DNA of 64,000 bases from Alphaproteobacteria bacterium (GCA_964291395.2 OZ219856.1:2368001-2432000); one strand, 5' to 3'; counted from the stretch's first letter, positions 1 to 10,353 are shown. Notes: generated by a model not told the origin, from the sequence alone. Numbers and translations are program-made.

Positions 1-793
1 GGTAACGCGTTCCCGCCAGCAGCGAGCCCATATCGAGCGCAAAGATCGTTCCATCGGCGAGCACGTCAGGTACGTCACCCTCCACGATGCGACGGGCCAG
101 ACCTTCGGCAATGGCGGTCTTGCCCACGCCCGGATCACCCACGAACAACGGGTTGTTCTTGGATCGCCGACACAGGATCTGAATCGTCCGGTCAATTTCG
201 CTCCGACGACCGATCAACGGATCGATCTTCCCGTTCTCCGCCTTCTCGTTCAGATTGACGCAGTAGGATTTGAGGGCCTCATCACCCTGTTCGTTCCTAC
301 CCTCGTCCGCAGCCTCCTGCGTGCCCCGCGTGGTGCGGGTCTCGGACATGCCGGCGACCTTCGCGACACCGTGCGAGATGTAGCTCACCGCGTCGAGACG
401 GGTCATGTCCTGTTTCTGGAGATAGTAGACCGCATGCGACTCGCGTTCGGAGAACACCGCGACGAGTACATTGGCACCCGTGACCTCCTCGCGCCCCGAC
501 GACTGGACGTGTATCAATGCCCTCTGGATGACGCGTTGGAACCCCGCCGTGGGCTTGGGATCCTCATAGTCATCGATAATCAGGCCGCTGAGGTCGTCAT
601 CCAGATACGAGCCCAAATCCTGACGCAACATGTCGACATCGACGCCGCAGGCCTTCAAAACAGCGATGGCGTCGTTGTCCTCGGTCAAGGCCAGCAGAAG
701 GTGCTCAAGCGTCGCATATTCGTGGTGACGCTCGCTGGCGAGCGCCAGCGCCCGATGAAGACTCTTTTCAAGACTGTTCGAGAAACCCGGCAC
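1..793 (-). CDS. clpA: ATP-dependent Clp protease ATP-binding subunit ClpA (5' part; runs off window)
   Basis: Read manually: GTG at 793 gives [31 protein letters not shown]. It contains KIDPLIGR and Walker A GDPGVGKT and lies directly after clpS. Confidence 0.96.
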   Translation of the reverse strand, partial: MPGFSNSLEKSLHRALALASERHHEYATLEHLLLALTEDNDAIAVLKACGVDVDMLRQDLGSYLDDDLSGLIIDDYEDPKPTAGFQRVIQRALIHVQSSGREEVTGANVLVAVFSERESHAVYYLQKQDMTRLDAVSYISHGVAKVAGMSETRTTRGTQEAADEGRNEQGDEALKSYCVNLNEKAENGKIDPLIGRRSEIDRTIQILCRRSKNNPLFVGDPGVGKTAIAEGLARRIVEGDVPDVLADGTIFALDMGSLLAGTRY

Positions 794-794
794 G

Positions 795-1127
795 TCATTC
801 CTTTTCCATCGTGCACTGCAGAGGATGCTGGTTTCGGCGGGCGAAATCTACCACCTGATTGACCTTGGTTTCGGCGATCTCGTACGTGTAGACCCCACAA
901 ACGCCGATGCCCTTCTGATGTACGTGCAGCATGATCTGCGTCGCTTCGTCGTGACTCTTGTGGAAGATGCGCTCGAGAATGTGCACTACGAACTCCATGG
1001 GCGTGTAATCGTCATTCAAGAGAAGCACCTTGTACATCGAGGGCTTCTTCGTCTTTGTCCTGGTCTCGGTGACGACGATCGTCCCCGAGTTGCCGTCGCT
1101 GTCGTGATCTACCTCCTTATCCGACAT
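795..1127 (-). CDS. clpS: Clp protease adaptor ClpS
   Basis: [17 protein letters not shown]...[10 protein letters not shown]; start placed at ATG 1127 (MSDKE). Confidence 0.97.
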   Translation of the reverse strand: MSDKEVDHDSDGNSGTIVVTETRTKTKKPSMYKVLLLNDDYTPMEFVVHILERIFHKSHDEATQIMLHVHQKGIGVCGVYTYEIAETKVNQVVDFARRNQHPLQCTMEKE

Positions 1128-1482
1128 GGCAAGGATCTCAGCGAATTCGGTGTACCGGAGCATACATCCAGCCCGTCGACCACCGATCAATACGTAACCG
1201 AACCATCCTCAATCAAAGACCTGTTTTCGGGCTCAATGCAAGGCCTCCGGGCAACATTCCCAGCACGTGCAGGCTCCCCGTTCCGGTCGCACCACACCGC
1301 TGATTCCCGGATGCGGCAGGGGAACGCGCCCGGCGCCGTCGTTTTCCCGCGGTTGCCGCTGTCCGGTAATTCGGATCGCTTCGGAAGCGGGTTCCGGACG
1401 GCGTCCGAATCCCACGAAATCGTTAGCCGTGTCTTGTGACTATTATCGTCGCCGTTCCCAGGATTCCATTTCTATACATAAA

Positions 1483-1520
1483 TTGGATGAAACTTTTAGT
1501 AAAAGTCATGTGTTATCCAA
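1483..1520. promoter_or_regulatory. AT-rich dyad, candidate operator between divergent clpS and dac
   Basis: Perfect ACTTTTA-G-TAAAAGT at 1492-1506, flanked by TTGGAT/ATCCAA. Confidence 0.4.
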
Positions 1521-1629
1521 TAGATGATTAGACACGGAGGCAGCATTTTACTAGACTACTTTCGTTGCCGGCCTGAAAGCGATTCGGGAGGGGGAATTTG
1601 TCCGGGAGGCTTCTAACCGCGCCGTCCGC

Positions 1630-2985
1630 GTGGGCGTTCGTGCTTTCGTCAAGCAACGTTGGTGGGCGTCACCCGTGATTCGAGCTTGGCGGGCCTTGCG
1701 TTGGGTGGTTCTGGCGGCGCTGCTGCCGGTAGCGGCAGGAGGCGCCAGTTCCGAGAGTTTCGCCGCCCGCTACAAGGCCATCGTCGTCGAGGTTGATTCG
1801 GGTAAGGTGCTTTTCTCAAGACACGCCGGCAAACGCCATTATCCAGCGTCACTGACAAAGATGATGACGTTGTACCTCGTTTTCGAGGCCATCGAGTCCG
1901 GCAAGCTGAGTCTCGACCGACGTCTCCGCGTCTCCAAACGCGCGGCGGGCCAGACGCCGTCGCGTATCGGGTTGAAGCCCGGACGCTCGATTCCGGTGGA
2001 AGATGCCGTCCTGGCGATGATCACGAAGTCGGCGAACGATGCCGCGACGGTGCTCGCCGAGGCCATTGCCGGGACCGAAGTGAACTTTGCCAAGAAGATG
2101 ACCAAGACGGCGCATCGGATCGGCATGAAGAACACGGTGTTCCGCAACGCAACCGGGTTGCCCAATCGGCGTCAAATCACCACAGCACGGGATATGGCAA
2201 TCCTGGCGCAACGCCTGATTAGCGACTATCCCCAGTACTACCACTACTTTTCGACCAAGAGCTTCAAGTGGGGAAAACGGACGTACGAGAACCACAACAA
2301 GCTGCTCAAAACCTATGAAGGCGTGGACGGACTAAAGACCGGCTATATCCGGGCGTCAGGCTTCAATATTGCGACTTCAGCCCGGCGCGACGGCAGGCGC
2401 GTCATCGGCATTGTCCTGGGAGGGCGCACGCCGAAGTGGCGTGACCGCAAGATGGCGTACCTCTTGAACGTCGCCTTCAACAGGCTGGAAGCACTGCAAA
2501 TCGTGAAAAAGAGGGAAACGCCACCGAAGCCGAGACCGAAGCCGGTGAAGCTCAGGAAAGTCGAGCGGAAGACGGCCAAGATCGGCCCACTTGCAGCGAT
2601 CACAAGAGTATTCAAGCCGATCCGGACTCCCGTGCCCAAACCCCGATCGTCCAAACTGGACCTGCTAAGACCCAAACCGCCCGTGCCACCCACGGCGAGC
2701 GCGCGGGAGACGGGCGATTGGGGGATTCAAGTCGGGGCCTATTCGGTGTATGGCGCTGCTTTTCAGAAAATCCAGGAGGCCGTCGAAGCCATGCCCAACA
2801 TGCCGAAATCCGCACGGGCCGTGGTCGACCGGGCGTTCGGAGACTCGCATCGGCTTTACCGGGCCCGCCTATTGGGGGTCAGCGAACGGTTGGCCCGGGA
2901 TGCCTGTCGTAAGCTGATCCTAAAGCAATTCGTTTGCGTGCCGGTTCCGCCCAAAGACGGGTTCGTGACCATCGCGAGGAACTGA
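1630..2985 (+). CDS. D-alanyl-D-alanine carboxypeptidase (peptidase S11) with C-terminal SPOR-like domain
   Basis: SxxK (PASLTK), SxN (KSAND) and KTG motifs; Pro/Lys linker; WGIQVGAY. Exact start uncertain. Confidence 0.92.
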   Translation: MGVRAFVKQRWWASPVIRAWRALRWVVLAALLPVAAGGASSESFAARYKAIVVEVDSGKVLFSRHAGKRHYPASLTKMMTLYLVFEAIESGKLSLDRRLRVSKRAAGQTPSRIGLKPGRSIPVEDAVLAMITKSANDAATVLAEAIAGTEVNFAKKMTKTAHRIGMKNTVFRNATGLPNRRQITTARDMAILAQRLISDYPQYYHYFSTKSFKWGKRTYENHNKLLKTYEGVDGLKTGYIRASGFNIATSARRDGRRVIGIVLGGRTPKWRDRKMAYLLNVAFNRLEALQIVKKRETPPKPRPKPVKLRKVERKTAKIGPLAAITRVFKPIRTPVPKPRSSKLDLLRPKPPVPPTASARETGDWGIQVGAYSVYGAAFQKIQEAVEAMPNMPKSARAVVDRAFGDSHRLYRARLLGVSERLARDACRKLILKQFVCVPVPPKDGFVTIARN

Positions 2986-3003
2986 GTCGGCGGCGTTTCC
3001 GTC

Positions 3004-3933
3004 TCACCCTTGATGAGCGATGAGGGCCGCCGCGAGGCGACCGGCCAGCGCGGCGTTGCTGGCCGCAAGCGCCTTGTTGCAATCGACGGTCCGCCCGCCC
3101 GACAGATCGTGCAAGGCCTCAAGAACATAAGGTGTCACATCCGACCCGACGATCCCTTCCCGTGCCGCGCTTTCGAGCGCCTCGTCGACCCAACGCTCCA
3201 ATTCCCGGGACGACAGGGCCACGTCGTCCGGCGGGGGATTGCAAACCAGAACGCCGGACCGTAACCCCAACGCTCGTTGGCGTCGCACCGCGCCCGCGAG
3301 TGCCGCGACATCCTCGAATGCGTGGCGCAGGGGAATTCCACTGGACGACGCATAGAAGGCCGGGAAATGGTCCGTTTCGAACCCGTATACCGGCACGCCG
3401 AGAGACTCCAGAGCCTCGACGGTGGCGGGCAGATCCAGAAGCATCTTGGCCCCGCTGCCGACGACGGCGATGGGTGTGCGCGAGAGGGTCAGAAGATCGG
3501 CGGAAATGTCTTGCGCCCGATCCCCGAGCGCCCCTTGCCGGCGATGAACGCCGCCCAACCCGCCGGTGGCGAACACTTCGATCCCGGCCTCGACGGCCAG
3601 CACGATGCTGGCGGAAACAGTGGTCGCCCCATGGCCTCCAGCGGCGCAGACCGCAGCGACGTCGGCGACGCCACACTTCCGCACGACTTTGCTTCCGGCG
3701 ATGGTTTCGATGGCGTCGTCGTCGAGGCCGACAAGGACCTCCCCGGCGACGATGGCGATCATGGCAGGGACCGCACCCGTACCGCGCACCGATTCATGCA
3801 GCGCACGAGCCACGCGCAGGTTTTCCGGATGGGGGAACCCGTGGGCGACGATGGTCGACTCCAGGGCAACGACCGGCGTGTCGGAGGCGAGCGCCTGTCG
3901 CACTTCTTCCAGAACCTTCAACGCGCCGTTCAT
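3004..3933 (-). CDS. psuG: pseudouridine-5'-phosphate glycosidase
   Basis: VALESTI, ATTVS, FATGGLGGVHR, DISADL, VTPY motifs. Confidence 0.92.
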   Translation of the reverse strand: MNGALKVLEEVRQALASDTPVVALESTIVAHGFPHPENLRVARALHESVRGTGAVPAMIAIVAGEVLVGLDDDAIETIAGSKVVRKCGVADVAAVCAAGGHGATTVSASIVLAVEAGIEVFATGGLGGVHRRQGALGDRAQDISADLLTLSRTPIAVVGSGAKMLLDLPATVEALESLGVPVYGFETDHFPAFYASSSGIPLRHAFEDVAALAGAVRRQRALGLRSGVLVCNPPPDDVALSSRELERWVDEALESAAREGIVGSDVTPYVLEALHDLSGGRTVDCNKALAASNAALAGRLAAALIAHQG

Positions 3934-4005
3934 GACGCGTACCTCGGACACCCGCCGGTACGGAATCCAGAATTGCCCGTCGTCGCTTCGGCCCGCGGCA
4001 TGCGA

Positions 4006-5391
4006 TCAGCCGGGAAGCCGTATCCCGCTCCTGGCCAACTCCGCCTCCAGAGCGGACTTGACGCGGGAGAGTGCAGCCTGGTCCCGCGCCTCACACCGCG
4101 CTACCAATACAGCCTGTGTGTTCGAGGCGCGGAGCAGCCACCAGCCATCTTCAGAATTCACGCGCACCCCGTCGATATCGTTTACTTGACGGCCCTCGGA
4201 CACCAGGCGGTCCCGCAACTCGGCCACCACGCCGAATTTCTCTTCGTCTGGACAGTCGAAGCGGATTTCGGGCGTGTTGGCGAGCGTCGGAAGCCGATCA
4301 CGCAACGCCGACAGACTTTCGCCGGACCCTTCGATTACGTTCAGCAGCCTGACCGCGGCATAGGCGGCGTCATCGAACCCGTAATACTCATCCGCAAAGA
4401 ACAGATGACCCGACATCTCGCCGGCCAAGGGCGCGTCGGCTTCAACCATCTTGGCCTTGATGAGGGAATGACCCGTCCGCCACATGACTGGATTACCGCC
4501 CAGGCTCGCAACCTCGTCGAAGAGAGCCTGACTGGACTTCACGTCGGCGATCACTGTGGCGCCGGGCCTCGCCGACAGGACGTCACGTGCCAGCAGCGCC
4601 ATCAACAGGTCCGCCCATATGATGCGACCTCGATCATCGACAACGCCGATACGATCGCCGTCGCCGTCGAGCGCGATTCCGATGTCGTGCGATCCTTTCC
4701 CGATATGCCTTTGCAGCTGTACCAGATTCGCCGCCACCGTCGGATCCGGGTGGTGAGACGGAAACGTGCCGTCGATATCGCCGTTGATCACGTCGTGCCG
4801 CCCCGGCAGCCGGCGCGCCAGCGCTTGAACGACGTCGCCCGACGCGCCGTTGCCCGGATCCCAAACGACCTTCAGCCTCCCGCGTCCCCGATAGGCCGCG
4901 GCCAGCGCCTCGACGTAGGCATCGAACACATCGACGTCTTCGACTCGTCCGCCGTCGGCCGCCGGCGTGCCTTCCGCCGCAAGGTCGCCGAGCCGCTTGA
5001 GTCGATCACCGTAAAACGAACCGCTCCCGAGCATGAACTTAAACCCGTTGTGCTCGGGCGGATTGTGCGATCCCGTGACCATCACGCCGGCGTCCGCCTG
5101 CAGATGGTGGACGCCGAAATAAAGCATCGGCGTGGGTCCCCGGCCGACGCGCAAGACGGACGCGCCGGCCGACACCATCCCTTCGGCCAGCGCCGCCTCG
5201 AGCGCGGGAGACGTGAGTCTACCGTCGAATCCAAGACATATCCTCGGCGCCGGTCCCCGATCTTCGGCGACCATCGTGGCGAAGGCGCAGCCGATCGCCA
5301 ACGCGTCGTCGACGCTCAACGTCTCACCGACAAGGCCACGGATATCATACTCGCGAACGATGGAGGGATGGAGCAGGTGGCCAGCAGTCAC
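4006..5391 (-). CDS. phosphomannomutase/phosphoglucomutase
   Basis: REYDIRG, TGSHNP (phospho-Ser), DGDGDR, GEMSGH, LRASNT. Confidence 0.96.
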   Translation of the reverse strand: MTAGHLLHPSIVREYDIRGLVGETLSVDDALAIGCAFATMVAEDRGPAPRICLGFDGRLTSPALEAALAEGMVSAGASVLRVGRGPTPMLYFGVHHLQADAGVMVTGSHNPPEHNGFKFMLGSGSFYGDRLKRLGDLAAEGTPAADGGRVEDVDVFDAYVEALAAAYRGRGRLKVVWDPGNGASGDVVQALARRLPGRHDVINGDIDGTFPSHHPDPTVAANLVQLQRHIGKGSHDIGIALDGDGDRIGVVDDRGRIIWADLLMALLARDVLSARPGATVIADVKSSQALFDEVASLGGNPVMWRTGHSLIKAKMVEADAPLAGEMSGHLFFADEYYGFDDAAYAAVRLLNVIEGSGESLSALRDRLPTLANTPEIRFDCPDEEKFGVVAELRDRLVSEGRQVNDIDGVRVNSEDGWWLLRASNTQAVLVARCEARDQAALSRVKSALEAELARSGIRLPG

Positions 5392-6737
5392 TCGGCCACC
5401 CCGGCGCTGATCTCATAATCATCCGGCAGCGCATATGGCCGGCCTATCGAGTGATAGTCGAAACCGGCGTCGGTCATCTCCGCCGCATCGTATATGTTGC
5501 GAAGATCGACCAGCACGGGTGAAACCAACAGTTTCCGAACCCGATCCAGGTCGAGACTCCGAAACTCGTTCCATTCGGTCACGATGACGAGCGCATGCGC
5601 GCCTTTCATCGTCCGATACGCGTTGTCGCACCACGCGACGTCATCCAGAAACTTGTGTGCCTCGTCGATGCCTTCCGGATCATACGCGCGGATCGTCGCC
5701 CCAGACCTCTGCAGCGCGGAAATGATCTCGAGGCTGGGAGCCTCCCGCATGTCGTCGGTGTTCGGTTTGAACGTGAGACCCAGAACGGCGATGCACTTTC
5801 CGGAGACCGAACCGCCGCACGCCGCCACGACTTTGTCGGCCATGCGGCGTTTCCTCGCCTCGTTCACCGCAATGACGGTCTCGACGATTCGGCTGGGCAT
5901 CCCCGACTCCTCGGCAGTCCGACGCAAGGCCAGGGCATCCTTCGGAAAGCAGCTTCCTCCATAGCCCGGACCCGCGTGGAGGAACTTCGACCCTATCCGC
6001 CCATCGAGCCCCATCCCACGGGCCACGTCCTGGACGTCGGCACCCACCTTTTCACAAATGTCCGCCATCTCGTTGATGAACGCGATCTTCGTCGCGAGAA
6101 ACGCATTGGCCGCGTATTTGGTGAGCTCCGCCGTTTCCAGCGTAGTGTACAACACCGGCGTCTCCATCAGGAAAAGCGGCCGGTAGACCTCGCGGAGCAC
6201 TTCGCGCGCCCGCTCGGAGCAGGTTCCAACGACGATCCGGTCGGGCCGCATGAAGTCGTTGATCGCGGAGCCTTCACGCAGGAACTCGGGGTTGGACGCG
6301 ACATCGAAGTCGGCGTCGGGGCGACGCTGTCCGATAAGAGCTTTCACTCTCCGCCCGGTACCGACCGGGACAGTCGATTTCGTGACCACGACCGCATAAC
6401 CGTCCAGCGCCCGGGCGACTTGCTCCGCGGCGCCGAAGACGTACTGAAGGTCGGCGTGTCCATCGCCGCGCCGACTGGGCGTTCCGACGGCGATGAAGAC
6501 GATATCCGCCGCTGCAACCGCCGGCGCCAGCTCCGTGGAGAACGAGAGGCGTCCCGCCCGGACATTGCCGGCGACCAAAGCGTCGAGCCCCGGCTCGTAG
6601 ACGGGAATCTCACCGCGCTCCAGCCGCGTGACCTTATCGGCATCCATGTCGACGCACGTGACGTCGGCGCCGAATTCGGAAAAGCAGGCCCCGGACACGA
6701 GCCCGACGTAGCCAGTGCCGATCATCGCGATTCGCAT
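5388..6737 (-). CDS. ugd: UDP-glucose 6-dehydrogenase
   Basis: GTGYVG, KSTVPVG, NPEFLREG, GYGGSCFPKD, FKPNTDDMRE. Confidence 0.96.
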   Translation of the reverse strand: MRIAMIGTGYVGLVSGACFSEFGADVTCVDMDADKVTRLERGEIPVYEPGLDALVAGNVRAGRLSFSTELAPAVAAADIVFIAVGTPSRRGDGHADLQYVFGAAEQVARALDGYAVVVTKSTVPVGTGRRVKALIGQRRPDADFDVASNPEFLREGSAINDFMRPDRIVVGTCSERAREVLREVYRPLFLMETPVLYTTLETAELTKYAANAFLATKIAFINEMADICEKVGADVQDVARGMGLDGRIGSKFLHAGPGYGGSCFPKDALALRRTAEESGMPSRIVETVIAVNEARKRRMADKVVAACGGSVSGKCIAVLGLTFKPNTDDMREAPSLEIISALQRSGATIRAYDPEGIDEAHKFLDDVAWCDNAYRTMKGAHALVIVTEWNEFRSLDLDRVRKLLVSPVLVDLRNIYDAAEMTDAGFDYHSIGRPYALPDDYEISAGVAE

Positions 6738-6797
6738 CTAGTACGAACTCCGTAGAGGTTCAACATCGCGCGACCAATGAGATGTCTCGCCACGAAC

Positions 6798-7676
6798 CTA
6801 CAACGTCTCGGCGATGCTCCGGATGATCTCTCGGACTTCATCGCTCATGTCCGGCCGGGACAGGGCGAAGACGACGTTGGCATGCAAAAAACCAACCTTG
6901 TCTCCGCAGTCATAGCGTACACCATCATATCTAAGGCCGTAGAATGGCGTGGAGCCAAGCATGGCCGCCAGCGCGTCGGTCAACTGAATTTCCCCGCCCG
7001 CTCCCTTTTTCGCGTTCTCCAAGCGACCGAAGATCTGGGGGCTGAGTATGTAGCGGCCGATGATCGCGAGGTTGGACGGCGCACTTTCGACCAAGGGCTT
7101 TTCGACCAAGCCCTTGGCTTCGACCAAACTGCCCATATCCGAAGCCACGTCCAGAACACCGTATCGGGACACGTGCTCGGCTGGAACTTCCATCACCGCG
7201 ACAAGATTGCCACCGGTCTCCCGATAGGTGTCGATCATCTGGCTCAAGCACGGCGGGTCGGCCATGACCAGGTCGTCCGCCAAAACCACCGCGAAAGGCT
7301 CATCGCCGACGAGATTGCGCGCGCACCACACGGCGTGGCCCAAACCAAGCGGTTCCTGTTGCCGGGTATATGCTACGGAACCTGCCGAAGGCAGCCACTC
7401 TGAGATCGCTTTGATCGCATCGTTCTTGCCTCGAGCCTCGAGCAGGTCATGCAGTTCGAAGGAGCGGTCGAAATGGTCCTCAATCGCCGTTTTGCCGCGT
7501 CCCGTCACAAAGATGAACTCTTCGATTCCTGCCGCCCGCGCTTCCTCGACGGCGTGCTGGACGAGAGGCTTGTCAACGACCGGCAGCATTTCCTTGGGCA
7601 TCGATTTGGTTGCGGGAAGAAACCGGGTTCCCAGTCCGCCCACGGGGAACACGGCCTTGCGCACGAAATTCGACAT
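6798..7676 (-). CDS. galU: UTP--glucose-1-phosphate uridylyltransferase
   Basis: KAVFPVGGLGTRFLPATK, PKEMLP, GLGHAV, VEKP, GEIQLTDA; start at ATG 7676. Confidence 0.96.
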   Translation of the reverse strand: MSNFVRKAVFPVGGLGTRFLPATKSMPKEMLPVVDKPLVQHAVEEARAAGIEEFIFVTGRGKTAIEDHFDRSFELHDLLEARGKNDAIKAISEWLPSAGSVAYTRQQEPLGLGHAVWCARNLVGDEPFAVVLADDLVMADPPCLSQMIDTYRETGGNLVAVMEVPAEHVSRYGVLDVASDMGSLVEAKGLVEKPLVESAPSNLAIIGRYILSPQIFGRLENAKKGAGGEIQLTDALAAMLGSTPFYGLRYDGVRYDCGDKVGFLHANVVFALSRPDMSDEVREIIRSIAETL

Positions 7677-7762
7677 TTGGAACTGCTGCTCGAGGGGGGT
7701 ATGGGCGGGCCGGGGGCTACGACGGCTTTGTGCCATGGCCGATCCCGAGACTCAAGGGCACC

Positions 7763-8470
7763 TCAGGCACCAAGCAGCAGTTCCTTGGCTTGGTTGAGCT
7801 TGGCGGCTATGTACGTCGACCCGCCCTGATCCGGATGCATCTTCAGCATCAGCCGGTGATGCGCCTGCTTGATGTCCTCCTCGCTGGCGCCTTCCTCCAA
7901 CCCCAGGATGTGAAAGGCCTCTTCCCGGGTCATAGGACCGTCCCCGCCCGGAGCGCCCGCGTAGCTCGACGACTGATCCCGCTCCCGCCATTCGTCACCG
8001 TGAACACGGTCGAGGAACGTCTCGATCAGCGCAGCGCTCCGCAGATCCACCTGCCGACATTCCGACAGCAGTTCGAGAACGTCATCTACCCTCATGTCGC
8101 CGAGGGACTGGCCTTGGAACCGCCCCTTGAGCACCGTCCCGTCAACGGACCCCGTATCGTGATCGAGAACCATTTTCAGGTAGGCGGTCTCCACCTCGGA
8201 ACTCTGCCCGCTGGAGGGTGCCGCGCGTTGGGAGAAGGAAGGAATGGGACCGCGCCAGCGGCGGAGAAAGCTGAGAGCCATCAGCCCCAAAAGGACAGCG
8301 AACGGAATGCGGCCGGTCACGGCCAGGAACACGGCCCCTCCCCCCACCAGTCCGAAAATCGTCCAGCGCAGAGCACGCGCCACGGCTTTGGGATCGGCAT
8401 TGACGAACCATCTCGCGACCAAGAACACGGCGGCGAAGATGCACAGACCGAGAACGAACCAAGCAAACAA
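7763..8470 (-). CDS. membrane-anchored protein with C-terminal Pam18/Tim14-like J-domain
   Basis: Hydrophobic N-terminus; MTREEAFHILGL...HPDQGGSTYIAAKLNQAKELL. Confidence 0.88.
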   Translation of the reverse strand: MFAWFVLGLCIFAAVFLVARWFVNADPKAVARALRWTIFGLVGGGAVFLAVTGRIPFAVLLGLMALSFLRRWRGPIPSFSQRAAPSSGQSSEVETAYLKMVLDHDTGSVDGTVLKGRFQGQSLGDMRVDDVLELLSECRQVDLRSAALIETFLDRVHGDEWRERDQSSSYAGAPGGDGPMTREEAFHILGLEEGASEEDIKQAHHRLMLKMHPDQGGSTYIAAKLNQAKELLLGA

Positions 8471-8476
8471 GACGGA

Positions 8477-9184
8477 TCACTTTACTTGTTGTGCGATGAG
8501 CAGAACCTCGCGTCCGGCACGCTTGCTGAAGTTCTCCAGCGCTTTCCGTCCTCCCGCGGCAAAGACCGCAACCGCGCTCAGAAGATCACGCAGCTGATCG
8601 GCGCTCGACGAGTCGAAGCTGCAGTGCGCGCCTCCGGTGAGGCGTGCGATCTGCTTGAACGCGCGCATGGCGATGGGCTCGTCACCTTCCTGAAAGATGA
8701 ACGTCGGCACGCCGAGAATGCCCAACTCGCCCGCCAACCGGCACAACTCGTCGACGCTCTCTTCCATACAATCACCGACGAAGACGACGGCATTTACCTT
8801 GCGGGAATTGGCTTCAGCGATAGCGTGTTTCAAGACCTTCGCGATCTGCGTTTGTCCGCCAAGGCAGAAGACTCCCGTCATCTGTCTCACAAGCTGGGCA
8901 GAGTCGGTAAGCCATTCGGACGCCCGAAATTCTCCAAATCCCCGGTAGTAGGCCATTTGGATCTCGAGACCGCCCACGGAACCCGCTTCCTGGAACATAT
9001 GTCCCTGAATCTGGCATGCCCGGTCCCAGGTCGGCTCCCGGCTGGCGGTCGCGTCCAGCGCGAAGATCAAGCGCCCTCTCTCGCCGGACAGACCGAGCAC
9101 CGGAGCCATCGCCACCTTTTGAATGAAGGCGTCGATCTCGGCGTTCGTCGCGGTTTTCGATATGTTTCCGGTCTTTTTGCTCAT
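8477..9184 (-). CDS. VWA domain-containing protein
   Basis: LIFALDATASR (MIDAS-like DxTxS), GGQT, VFVGD. Confidence 0.85.
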   Translation of the reverse strand: MSKKTGNISKTATNAEIDAFIQKVAMAPVLGLSGERGRLIFALDATASREPTWDRACQIQGHMFQEAGSVGGLEIQMAYYRGFGEFRASEWLTDSAQLVRQMTGVFCLGGQTQIAKVLKHAIAEANSRKVNAVVFVGDCMEESVDELCRLAGELGILGVPTFIFQEGDEPIAMRAFKQIARLTGGAHCSFDSSSADQLRDLLSAVAVFAAGGRKALENFSKRAGREVLLIAQQVK

Positions 9185-9327
9185 GCGTCAAGCCGCACGC
9201 ATCTGCGCACTCAAGAGTAAGGCAGTTTAGCGCAACTGCGCCTCAGCGGGCCAACAGACGGCGTCTGCGCGAAGCAGCGACACCCGGAATACCGGTCTCG
9301 GTGGTTGCAGAGGTCGGGTATGGGCGG

Positions 9328-10353
9328 CTAGCGGACGTGAATTGGACCATCCGGGTAAAAGGCACGAAACGCGAACGCGAAATCCACGCCGTAGACGACG
9401 TCTTCATAACCGCGGCCCGACTTACGCTGAACGACAACGTTGCCGACATCGATCCCTTCAGCGATCCATTCGGAATCGAGGGCCGAGTTCTGGCCGGGCT
9501 CCCAGGTAATGACGAGACCCGTTTCGGTCTCGATCCGACGTCTTTCGCGTAACAAATCGAGGCTCCAGGCCTCGCGTCCACCGGAAGCCGATTCCACGGT
9601 CACCACCCGTGCGAGGGGCGCGATCTCCCTGGGTCCGGCACCGCGGTAGAGGAATGGCCGCGGCGACGAATCGTAATTGGCGTATGGATTCGCCCCGTAC
9701 CGCCGCCCGCTCGGATCGTTCGGCACCAATACCCTTCCACCCGGGGCGCGATCACGAAATCTCGCAAACGATTCCAGACGAGAGGGAATCATCTTCAACA
9801 CCTTACCGGTGAGATCACCGACGATGGCTTCGCCCAAAAACTGCTGCCACCAGCTTTCCGTCTGGCGGTCATACATGACCAAATCCGAATGGCGTAAGCG
9901 GCCCGTGGTTCCGAAGTCGAGCACCATGCCCTCCAACCGGCGATCGAAAACGACGGCAGCGTTACACAAGGGGCAGAAGGTAATGGAAACCGGCACGCCC
10001 CCGACGGTGTCGTTGACGATCTCATGCCACATCAACACCTGCAGGGGGTAAGCGCGCGCGTCCTCTCCGATGATGACGCTGACAACGGGTTCGGTGTCGG
10101 CGAGATGGCTTATGGCTGACAGCGGCTCGAACTTCGGATCGTCGATGGGAGGAATGCCATCCTTGGGCGGACCACCCGACATGATCTCACCGAGATCGAC
10201 GGAGCGAACCTCAAAGTTCGTCTTCCATGACTCGGCGACCGCCATCCATGCGGCAACGAGAAGGCCCGCCAGGAATACGGCCGCGGCTCCATGACCGCAG
10301 TATCTACGCACGCGCGACATGCCACTCTCCATAACCGAAGCTGTAATCGCCAT
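9328..10353 (-). CDS. DUF3179 family exported protein
   Basis: SGGPPKDGIPPID, ARAYP, WHEIVND, FCPLC, MYDRQTESWWQQ; signal-like N-terminus. Start uncertain. Confidence 0.88.
   Translation of the reverse strand: MAITASVMESGMSRVRRYCGHGAAAVFLAGLLVAAWMAVAESWKTNFEVRSVDLGEIMSGGPPKDGIPPIDDPKFEPLSAISHLADTEPVVSVIIGEDARAYPLQVLMWHEIVNDTVGGVPVSITFCPLCNAAVVFDRRLEGMVLDFGTTGRLRHSDLVMYDRQTESWWQQFLGEAIVGDLTGKVLKMIPSRLESFARFRDRAPGGRVLVPNDPSGRRYGANPYANYDSSPRPFLYRGAGPREIAPLARVVTVESASGGREAWSLDLLRERRRIETETGLVITWEPGQNSALDSEWIAEGIDVGNVVVQRKSGRGYEDVVYGVDFAFAFRAFYPDGPIHVR

Noticed and set aside
3277-5418. 713-aa plus-strand ORF (likewise 5595-6755, 7610-9220, 21054-22643, 29817-31523, 35024-36382)
   Set aside because: These are antisense shadows of well-supported minus-strand genes, expected in high-GC DNA, and carry no recognisable motifs.
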